The notes under the pieces were generated by a model. That model searched no databases. It was not told the origin of the DNA and saw only the letters and a program-made list of their open reading frames with translations. From NCBI GenBank assembly GCA_038087875.1, contig CM075988.1, forward strand, positions 15,192,001 through 15,252,000: a stretch of 60,000 bases of DNA, given 5' to 3'. The translations under genes and the position numbers were made by a program. Source of the stretch: Malacoraja senta. Taxonomy: Eukaryota. Below are positions 49,960 through 60,000 of the stretch, in pieces (the first letter of the stretch is position 1; every line of letters starts with the position of its first letter).

Positions 49960-50370
49960 CAATGACCATTTAACCAGCCTGCATGACTTTGTGACATGGG
50001 AGGAAAATGGAACGTGAAGCGGAAACCCAGTCACAGGGAGAATATGCATACTCCACATAGACAGCATAGTCATAGAGTCATAGAGTGATAGTGTGGAAAC
50101 AGGCGCTTCGGCCCAACTTGCTCGCATCGGCCAACATGTCCCAGCTACACTAGTCCCACCTGCCTGCGTTTGGTCCATATCCCTCCAAACCTGTCCTATC
50201 GATGTACCTGTCTAACTGCTTCTTAAACGCTGGGATAGTCCCAAACTCAACTACCTTCTCTAGCGGCTTGTTCCATACAACTACCACACTTTGTGTGAAA
50301 AGAGATCAGGAGTGAACCAGGTTACTATAGCTATGAGGCGGCAGCTCTATTAACTGTGCCATTGTGCCAC
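49960..50370 (-). mobile_element. HE1-type SINE interrupted by a HER1/CR1 3' tail (50066-50300)
   Basis: SINE halves flank the (catagagt)n-tailed CR1 end. Confidence 0.7.
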
Positions 50371-50430
50371 CTAAAATTTCTTCTCAGCTCAAACTTTAGA
50401 ATATCTGTTTTTATCTCTCCTTATAGGACA

Positions 50431-51022
50431 CTCGACCAAGTGCGGACCCGTTGGGCTCCCTCCCCCAACGCAATATTCCACTAAACTGTGCATGCGTGAC
50501 GGCTGCGTTCAAAGTTGGGCCCTTGACAGCTGAAATTAAGTTAAACTTAATAAATTGAAGAGAGGACCCGTGGAGATGCTTGTAAGAGAAGGCAACTTAC
50601 CCGTGGAGCCGTTGTGTCCCCATTCTGGGGCCAGGCAAGTACAGGCAAAAGTGAAAAAAGATGGCGACCTGAAAATCTGCAAAGGGCCCAACTGCGCAGG
50701 CGCGGCTGAGGGGTTGCCGTTGTGACGCCAGAGATCCCCATTATGACGCGCAGGGGAACCTTCCCCCAACTGCGCATGCACGGATGGGGGCGCTGTTTTA
50801 AATTATTTTAAGTTTTAAATGTGAATAACGTAAAATATACCATCAATCTGAACGAAACTGGTTTCATTTACATCGCAAGACAATAGTGAGTAAGGTGGGC
50901 CAAAAATTGTAGCACTATAGTGCACCGTTTTTGTGCGAAGATAGGTACAATTTACAAACAAAGGTACAAATATAGGTACAAGCAAGATGAGTTTAGTAAT
51001 ATAAATAATATTTAGATATAGA
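50431..51022 (-). mobile_element. Non-autonomous Helitron (~590 bp)
   Basis: Minus strand starts A|TCTATATC and ends with GC hairpin GGAGCCCAACGGGTCC, then ...GGTCGAG|T (CTAG with one change); no TSD. Confidence 0.7.
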
Positions 51023-51251
51023 TATCCCTTACCTCCATCCCAGCAATCGATCTATTGAGCCTGTATTGCCCTCTCTAGCATAAGCATACCTTAGAGACAT
51101 TGTTCTAATACTATCTTCGACCCCTCTGGCTAGCCCAGACTGGTTACATTTTTCTTAACTATATGTATTGTTGAAAGTTGTGCATTAATTATTTAAGTAT
51201 TAGCCACTGCTTGTTTACTGTCATACTTTGAATGTCATCTTCCCGTCTACT

Positions 51252-51600
51252 GGGACGACAGATGGCGCAATGGGCTAAGTGTTCGGCTGGCAACCGGAAG
51301 GTAGCCGGTTCGAATCCCGCTTGGAGTGCATACTGTCGTTGTGTCCTTGGGCAAGACACTTCACCCACCTTTGCCTGCGTGTGAATGTGTGTGAATGTGT
51401 GTGAGTGATTGGTGGTGGTCGGAGGGGCCGTAGGCGCAGATTAGCAGCCACGCTTTCGTCAGTCTGCCCCAGGGCAGCTGTGGCTACAAAAGTAGCTCAC
51501 CACCACCGAGTGTGACTGAGGTGTGAATGAATAATGCGATGTAAAGCGCCTTGAGTATTAGAAAGGCGCTATATAAATCCCATCCATTATTATTATTATT
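51252..51600 (+). mobile_element. tRNA-derived SINE with CORE-like body and L2-type 3' tail
   Basis: A box tggcgcaatgg, B box ggttcgaatcc, gtgtccttgggcaagacactt core, tgtaaagcgccttgag...aggcgctatataaat + (TTA)n. Confidence 0.85.
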
Positions 51601-52435
51601 ACTTTTGTTTAGATTTAAGGGTCCAGTTTCCTAAAAAATTAGGTCACTTTATATAAAATTCTATTATAAATCATTCTTCTCTGAAAGCCCTTGAACTGTA
51701 TTATTATTAAGTGACACTTTCTTACTGCACAATACTAGCTTGTTCCTCAACATTTTTGACTGACGAACATCTCTCATACACTCCATGAATTGATCTTCAT
51801 GCTGCCATTATTAATTTGGTTTCCTCGGTCCATGTAGATTAAACTCACTCATAATTAATTCATTACCTTTGACACCTGGACCTCTAATTTATACTATGGC
51901 CGACATTACAATGACTGTGTGGAAGCCTGTCACAACTTTAATTACTGCGATCTGCTGCTTGCTGATTTTCAGCTCCACCCAAATTCATCTTAATTCATTT
52001 TTCTGAACTAAGATTCTCCCCTTTACGACTTTTATCCCATCCTCCTTTTCTATTTTGCCACATTTACTTCCCAATCTGCATAGTTTATGGTATTAATATT
52101 TTGCTCTTAATATGGGTTCTACATTGATTCGGATAAAGTGCCTCCAGTGCTGTTTTCCTCTGCCAAAAGATACATGCTCTCACGTTTATATGCTCTGCCC
52201 ATTCCTTCCCGATTCTAGTTATCATTACTCATTTTGCTGTCCTGTACTGAAATCTTGTTTCTTCTCCTCAGCTCTATAAATTTCCCCTCTCCAGAGCTCT
52301 CCATCTAACTACTTAGTTTAAAGTTTTCCACAGCTCTGGGTATTTCATTTGTTTGAACACCGATTCCACCACGATTGAAGTGAAGTTCAGCTCAATGGGA
52401 AACTCACTCTTTCTTGGGTACTGTGGCCACTACGT

Positions 52436-52510
52436 CTGAAGAATGGTCTCGACCCGAAACGTCACCCATTCCTTCTCTCCAGGGAGTTACTCCAGCTTTT
52501 TGTGTCTATC
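52436..52510 (+). repeat. Penelope-derived repeat with minimal hammerhead core (52436-52463)
   Basis: CTGAAGA-A-TGGTC-TC-GACCC-GAAAC-GTC followed by acccattccttctctccag. Confidence 0.75.
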
Positions 52511-53671
52511 TCCATGAATTGAAGCCCATTTATTTTCGCATGCAAGCCGCACATTCAACTCTCTGATTTTGTTCATCTTATGTCAATTCGCACATGGCTC
52601 AGATTTGAACCCAAGCTGCTCATACACCTTCAGAAAAAACTTCTCTTTTATCTTATCTATGTTATTGGTTCACGCATTACTCACAACTACCAGGTCTTAC
52701 CTCCTTCCCCTCTTCAAGGGTCAATTCTACGGTACTTCATCTTAGTGGCGTGACTGCCTTCTCTTAACAAGACAAAATGTCCAGCTACCTTTCTCCTTCC
52801 CTGGTGTATCGCAGTACCAACATCTTGGCCTTCGGTTCATAAACTCTGAGCTTAAATTTGCTTTGAGCTATAAGACATTGCAAATGTTGCCATGATGGAT
52901 CACAATGTCTTAAAATCACCTTTCCACATCATGTATTACATCTTTTACCCTACTATGCTGTTCTTAATTAATGTCGTCAACATAATATTGTTGCTAAATG
53001 CCTTTTAATATAATGCTGCACCATTACCCATACGCACCACACATAGTGGACACTGCACTGCGCTAAAACATACTGCACTTTAGCAAAACCCATATATTCC
53101 CTATTCCCACACGTTCAGTTAGATTACTTTATTAGTTCTAGCTGGCTACCTAATTACTTGGCAGGTGACTTTACCATTTTAAATTACTGATTATCACTAC
53201 AAATGAACCCTATCAAGCAAAACTAACCATTAAACCAAATTAAACCAATAAATATTTAAGACAAAAGCACATTCTTCAATGCTAAAGCCCATAATTCATA
53301 GACTCAGTAGCATGTGTCAGTGTGCTATAGGAACAGATATGGGCTATTTAGCATCTGTGAAATGCAAATCTTCCTCAGAACGATCCCGACTAGCACCATG
53401 CTCTGTCCAAATGGCCCCCAAAAGACACACAATTTCCAAACCCCTCTTCCAACAAATCTGCACTCCGTCAAGAACTGAATTTCTGCCTTTTTATGAGTGC
53501 CATTTTATGGCTGACCTATCATTTAACTACTTACATTCATCTTTTCCCCATCTCCTTTACTACTGTTGGTTTCACATTTAAAAGTTGAAAATCTATCAAG
53601 CTCAACCTCACCACCTTTTCTTGAAGATATCAAGGTCCTCAAATGAAATCAGTTTTGGAACAAACACACAC

Positions 53672-53769
53672 CTGTCACGGAGAGTGGTAGCAATGACTGA
53701 TATGCCATCAGTAGACTGGATCATCCTGGATCTGGCTGTTGCATGAACTTGCTGCGCGATTGCACTAAC
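53672..53769 (-). CDS. Candidate first coding exon (ATG at 53724: MIQSTDGISVIATTLRDR)
   Basis: Good acceptor ctctctgtttccacaacag. Ends GAC AG|gtgtgt in phase 2, like the ...DR first-exon ends of ARHGEF12/11, and joins the 34449 exon in frame. Confidence 0.5.
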
Positions 53770-55175
53770 CTGTTGTGGAAACAGAGAGGCAGTCAGGCTG
53801 ACCCTCCGGGTCCGCAAAGTCGAATAGACTCTCTGTATTAAGCTTACCTCAAGTTAGTTAAAGGTTACTCAAAAGGATGCAATTTAAAAAAAATGAAGTT
53901 AGTAGAAATAAATTGAAGTAAAATTTAATAAAATAATTAAAATTAAGTAAAATATGGAAGCCAGTAGTCTTTCTATATCTTTTCATAAAGTTAATGGGAA
54001 TGGTTCTGGCACCAGCAATCCTGATGCAAAACTGAAGAGTCAGGGGCAATTTGCACCCAGCCCCTCACCACAACACATCATGGATTTCTGTATGGAACAG
54101 ACAGATGGAGGTCATTTCGATCCAGGTCCATATTTTGCCACTGATTGAGCACCCTGAGGGTGACAGAATGACAAGTCTGCATCAGAAGACAATTCTATTT
54201 GTATGATAGTGGATTTAACACCAGTATCTAACATGCTCTGCACCAGATCAGAATAACATGTACTTGCTCAACATCACACTTAATGTCATATTCTTAACAT
54301 CCAACTTTGCTTATCACAGCTCATGTGCTGCTGAAACCTTCATCCATTTATTTCGTACCGTCAAGCTTCACTTTTCCATTACATTCTTGTCTGGCCTCCC
54401 ATTTTCAGGGTTCATCCAAAACAGTTTTCTACTTCCCAACTCTCACCAGTCAAACTCATTCATCATCCATGTACTCTCTGACGTACAATAGCTCCCCGAG
54501 CAGAAATACTTAATTTAAAAATGTTCACCCATTTTTTAATTTCTAGGCCTTCCTCGGAACACTGCAAAATATTTACACTCCCTCAATTCAGCATTTATTA
54601 CATTCCTGATTGCAATCAATCCACTGTTGCCAGCAATGTTTTCAGCTTCAGAAGACATAAAATTGAAATGTTCCCTTTCTCTTTTCTCCTTTCTGAGAGG
54701 CTTCTGATAAATGTGTTTTTGACAAAGTCTTTCAAGTTCCTTGCATGCGGTGTAAATTTTGTTTAATAAAAAATCTGTGAATCATTAAAAATTAAGCATT
54801 GCAGTTCTTTGATTTCCATTTAAAATACAAGGTGCTCATAATGACATTGTCAGGGAGGTTTACCCTGTAGTTTCTGCGAGTTGATCAACTACTATTTCTC
54901 AGCTCGAGGCTATGAGTGCTTGCTGTCACAGTGAAATTGGAACTTTGCATTGTTCTCACCCGTGCCCTGGAAATATTGTACAGTGATACCGGATGCGAAA
55001 TATCTGGAAATATACATCATTCACCAGTCTGCTATATCTCACCTTCGCATGTATGAAGCCTAAATGCCCTACAGCCATAATAATAAACATACTTCAAGCC
55101 TGATGTAATCTGTTTTCTGTGGCTGGACATTCATCCAATTCTACTATGCAATATTTAAAACATCAGCCCCTGATA

Positions 55176-57943
55176 CAGTGCCCCCTATAATGTTTGGGAC
55201 AAAGACCCATTATTTATTTATTTGCCCCTATACTCCACAATTTGAGATTTGCAATAGAAAAAAAAATCACATGTAGTTAAAGTGCACATTGACATATTTT
55301 ATTAAAGGCCATTTTTATACATTTTGGTTTCACCATGTAGAAATTACAGCTGTGTTTATACATAGTTCCCCCCCCCCCCCCCCCCATTTCAAGGCACCAT
55401 GATGTTTGGGACGCATGGCTTCACAGGTGTTCGTAATTGCTCAGGTGTGTTTAAATGCCTCCATAATGAGAGAGTATAAAAGAGCTCTCAGCACCCACTC
55501 TTTCCTCCAGTCGTTCCATCACCTTTGGAAACTTTTATTGCTGTTTATCAACGTGAGGGCCAAAGTTGTGCCAATGAAAGTCAAAAGAAGCCATTATGAT
55601 ACTGAGAAATAAGAATAAAACTGTTAGAGACATCAGCCAAACCCTAGGCTTACCAAAATCAACCATTTGGAACATCATTAATAAGAAAGAGAGCACTGGT
55701 GAGCTTACTAATCGCAAAGGGTCTGGCAGGCCAAGGAAGACCTCCACAGCTGATGACAGAAGAATTCTCTCTATAATAAAGCAAAATCCCCAAACACCTG
55801 TCCGACAGATCAGAAACACTCTTCAGGAGTCCGCAGAAGACTCAAGCATGATATTCACCTCCAGAACAAAAAATTAGGAAGTATTGGCCGGGGGTCCTAG
55901 AGGCCGGCTAGGCCCCAGGGGCAGCGTCTCGGTGAGGGTTCAGTGGGCTCCTGCATTTTCAATAAATTGAAAGTAATTCATAAGCTCTCTGCTGGTAGTT
56001 TACATAACAGAAGCTTAGAATTTTTCCAACACATAACCAGTAAAATAACCCCCAAAAGATAAATATTTCATATTCTTCATACAGCTAAAAAAAATCTTTA
56101 CAAAAAATGTTACCTGAATTTCTAAATGAGCTATTTGTAGAGATGCCAACAGAACACAAATGTAAAAATTAAACACATCACCTTAGAAAGGTACCATCTC
56201 AAGGCATAATTATGCACAATACTGCACAGCACAGTCAACTGTCAATACACTGATGTCACATCTACAACACTAAGAAGGTAGAAAACTAAAAACCTCTGCC
56301 AATAACAATGAAAACAAAAACTCCCAATATAAACAGAAAATCACCAGAAAGGGGAGGGGGTAGCCACTGCCCGGGAGGTAGGGCCCCGCATCTCTCTAAC
56401 CCCCACTATCGCCGCCGGTACCATTCCCTTTCCTGTCGCAGCTCCATATGGGAAACACAAAACACAGTTGTGTTAATTTATTTATTTTCCCCACAAGAGA
56501 GGGGGGAAGGGGATCAATGCCTCGCAGCCATCACCCCCATGTTAGCTGTCCAGGTGTCCCGGTCACCCCGAGCCCATACTCCCGTTCATGGCCCTGCGTC
56601 TCACCCGCTCGCGCTCCGGTTCCCTCCGACAAACGGGCACCGTCACAACTCGCACGGCGCAGCCGGGCTGATCTCAGCAGCAGCCAAAGAGCGTCATTGT
56701 GTTCCCTCCGCCCACGACCTCCCGCGTGTCCGTCCCCCCCCGCTATTGGCTGACCTTGCTGACTTCCATCATGAATCACAAGCTTGCCCGCCTCCAGACC
56801 GGTACCTCCATTGACTCTCCTTCCCTCACCCTTTTATTTTACGATCATTGCCAACTAAACTGTGTCAAAATCGGGCACAAAAAATTGAAAAATCTGATTC
56901 ATTGTTAGGAAAAGAAAAAAAATCGGATTTCTGATTTCAATCAGAAGAACATCATGCCTGAGACTTCATGAAAGAAATACAGAGGCTGTACTGCAAGATG
57001 CAAACCACTGGTTAGCTGCAAATATAGGATGGCCAGGTTACAGTTTGCCAAGAAGTACTTAAAAGAGCAACCACAGTTCTGGAAACAGGTCTTGTGGACA
57101 GTTATATCAGAGTGATGGCAAGAGCAAAGTATGGAGGAGAGAAGGAATTGCCCAAGATCCAAAGCATACCACCTCATCTGTGAAACACAGTGGTGGGGTG
57201 TTATGGCCTGGGCATGTATGTCTGCTGAAGGTACTGGCTCACTTATCTTCATTGATGATACAACTGCTGATGGCAGTAGCATAATGAATTCTGAAGTGTA
57301 TAGACACATCCTATCTGCTCAAGTTCAAACAAATGCCTCAAAACTCATTGGCTGGCGGTTCATTCTACAGCAAGACAATGATCCCAAACATTCTGCTAAA
57401 ACAATGGAGTTTATCAAAGCTAAATAATGGTCAATTCTTGAGTGGCCAAGTCAATCACCCGATCTGAACCCAATTGAGCATGCTTTTTATATGCTGAAGA
57501 GAAAATTGAAGGGGACTACCCGCAAAACAAGCATAAGCTAAAGATGGCTGCAATACAGGCCTGGCAGAGCATCACCAGATAAGACACCCAGCAACTGGTG
57601 ATGTCCATGAATCGCAGATTTCCAGCAGTCGTTGCATGCAAAGGATATGCAACAGAATACTAAATATGACTACTTACATTTACATAACATTGCTGTGTCC
57701 CAAACATTATGGTGCCCTGAAATTTGTGGGGGGAGGGGGGGGGGGGGACTATGTATAAACACTGCTATAATCTCTACATGGTGAAACCAAAATGTAGAAA
57801 AAATGGCCTTTATTAAAATCTGACAATGTGCACTTTAACCACCTGTGATTTTTTTTTCTATTACAAACCTCAAATTGCGGAGTATAGAGGCAAATAAATA
57901 AATAAATGATGGGTCTTTGTCCCAAACATTATGGAGGGCACTG
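55176..57943 (+). mobile_element. Second copy of the same Tc1 element, interrupted at 55843-56960
   Basis: TA|CAGTGCCCCCTATAATGTTTGGGAC...GTCCCAAACATTATGGAGGGCACTG|TA; colinear with 26909-28558. Confidence 0.93.
55843..56960. mobile_element. Non-autonomous TIR element with 5-bp TSD (hAT5-like) nested in Tc1
   Basis: TIR CA(A/G)GCATGAT(A/G)TTC; AGACT duplicated (55838-55842, 56961-56965) but single in the uninterrupted Tc1 copy. Confidence 0.85.
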
Positions 57944-58370
57944 TATCAAAATACCCAAAAGGGGAAATAAGTCTGAACTGGGTTTTTTTCCTGTTCCAAT
58001 TCAGGAAGCTGTATTAGTGTATCAGCCTGCACTATGGAGACGATATTGTAGAGAGTGGGTTTCACGAATCATTAACACAGCAATGAAAGGGTAAATGAGC
58101 CCATAATGAAAGACCAGCACATTGGGAACAGGCGCAGTAATTACATGGCCGGTCCGTCTCTCTCAGCCTACACACCTATTTATAGAAAATTGATGCAGGG
58201 AGAGACTGGGTCCACGCCCAGATTGGTAGTCACCAGCTCCTTACAGTAATTAACTGGCGGGGAGGCCTCATCTACTGCACAGAAATATGAAGCTGGAGCA
58301 ACAAAACAATGCATGTGTTTAAACACAGAGCTGCAATTAAACGCCACATTGTCAGCATTCCAACACTTAC

Positions 58371-58407
58371 CACTTCAAAGGCAACCCAAATCCACCTTGT
58401 GATATCA
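58371..58407 (-). other. Candidate upstream 37-nt exon (5'UTR or N-terminal extension)
   Basis: Strong splice signals: ttttttttctgtgtccatggtgtgtctctgcag acceptor and GTG|gtaagt donor. Confidence 0.45.
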
Positions 58408-60000
58408 CTGCAGAGACACACCATGGACACAGAAAAAAAATGGGTATGCATCCTGATTGACATACAACCTCTCCCAAATCCAGAATAGATGACTGGCTGT
58501 GGCAAAACGTGGACCCTGCCAACCAGGGTTTCAGGTATGCATCAGTGCAAGTGAAAATTAGGGGGAGTGGGGAGTAAATGGCAGGGATGCAGAAGAAGAG
58601 ACTGCCAAGGGAGACAGTGAACAAGGAAGCAGAGAGGGAGTGCACAGGCAATGGGAAAGAGAGTATGGGACTGTGAGAGAGACCACAAAAGAAATAATAG
58701 AAAGAGCAAAGAGTGAGGATGGAGAATCTAATGGCAGAGTGAGGAGTGGTACAGGGAGCCAAAAGCCCTGAAACCACATTTGCTCAAAAAGTGCAGCCAT
58801 TCTGTGATTTGATTCAGCCACAATTTCTCAGCTTAAGGCTGTGGGTTCCTCAACCTCACAATAAATCTCAGTGACTTCCCGGCCGGAAACCACTTGGGTT
58901 TCAACGCTCACCACACATTTCAAATGTCTCAGAACGCAAGCGGCTCAAGCTAGAGTGCAGCAATCGGTGAGAAAAGGGAAGGTCGAGGGTCAGAGATGCA
59001 AAACGCACCTGCCAGCGAGACCAAAAGGGAAAAACAGGTGGTCGCAAGGTTAAACGCTGCTTCAACATTTGCTCCAAAGCAGGCAGGCAGGCAGGCAATT
59101 TAGAGGGCACAAACTGTCCAACACCTCTCAGTTACTAAGATCAGAGGAAAATTTTAGGTTTGATGGAATATTAATTCACACCTCTGCCACCAACTCATGA
59201 GGCTTGGTGAGCCTATGATAGAAATCTTTAATAAATAACTCTAACTCTCTCTCTCCCTCTCCCACAAATATCTAAATCTTTGGTTATACCTTCAGTATAA
59301 ACCCGCATCTGCAGTTCCTTCCAACATACAATATCTAAACCTGAACAGATCACTATACCGATTCCAGATAGGGAGAGAGTCAGGCCAGAAAGTTCACATT
59401 TAAAACAAAAGCCTTTTCAGTCATAAACACTCTTCATGGTGGTTACAGGACAGTAAACCTGGCTAAGAAATATGATGACAATCACCTGCTCCTACCTCTC
59501 ACAATATTAAAGCTTGCCTTTCCATAAGAGTGGTTCAACACCAATATTCAGACTAACCCTCCTCCCTCGGCAGTCCATGAGTTCCTCAGAGATAAAATTA
59601 ACATTTCAACAGCAAATTATGCAAATGATTTTTTAAAATTCCATCAGCCATAATCATTGACAAAATAGGACTTCCACTGCTGGAAATTACTGCTTTGATT
59701 ACACTCCAAACAGCAGACAGATCGCTGCTCTTGATTCGAGCCTTGTTCAGACTTGTGACAGCTTCTGCTGTTCAGACCATGTAAATGACTCGGTTTTTAC
59801 ACAGCAGCCGCAGGCGACAGGGCGTCAGCACAACACCTCTGGTGGGTCCAACAACATGCATTCCACCTCATGTTGGCTTTGGAAGATCAACAGCAACACA
59901 AGTCATTGGTCCACTATGTAGTCAACATTTAACCCGTTATTTTCATAAGTTATGGAAGCAGAATTAGGTCGTTCGGCCCATCAAGTCTATTCTGCATTCA

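Noticed and set aside
51252..51330. tRNA gene
   Set aside because: A/B boxes continue into a SINE body and L2-type tail; no terminator or clean cloverleaf.
55843..56960. Transib/RAG-like transposon because of the 5-bp TSD
   Set aside because: Termini are CA(A/G)GCATG rather than a CAC heptamer; no nonamer or RAG-like ORF. The 168-aa ORF inside is low-complexity.

Overview
Vertebrate genomic DNA, most likely a cartilaginous fish such as a skate or ray; this is inferred from the HE1-type V-SINE, HER1/CR1 and Penelope repeat content. The window holds the 5' part of one minus-strand, multi-exon RGS-RhoGEF gene (PDZ, coiled coil, RGS-like/RH and start of the DH domain). 23 exons between 823 and 34449 can be traced by hand, all with GT-AG junctions and consistent phases, and there are 3 further candidate exons (32906, 53672, 58371). 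The protein is closest overall to ARHGEF12/LARG, but several RH-domain characters look like ARHGEF1/p115, so it may be a PDZ-retaining ARHGEF1 ohnolog. The introns contain many transposable elements. DNA elements: two Tc1 copies, one interrupted by a 5-bp-TSD TIR element; a palindromic hAT; a Harbinger MITE; a Helitron; and an unclassified TIR element with a ~600-bp internal palindrome. Retroelements: a young L2 with an open RT frame, an L2-tailed SINE, CR1/Rex1/RTE fragments, and many Penelope-derived repeats carrying minimal hammerhead-ribozyme cores. There is a 200-N assembly gap at 34920-35119. No prokaryote-type system (CRISPR etc.) is present. Protein comparisons were made from recalled human sequences, not database searches.
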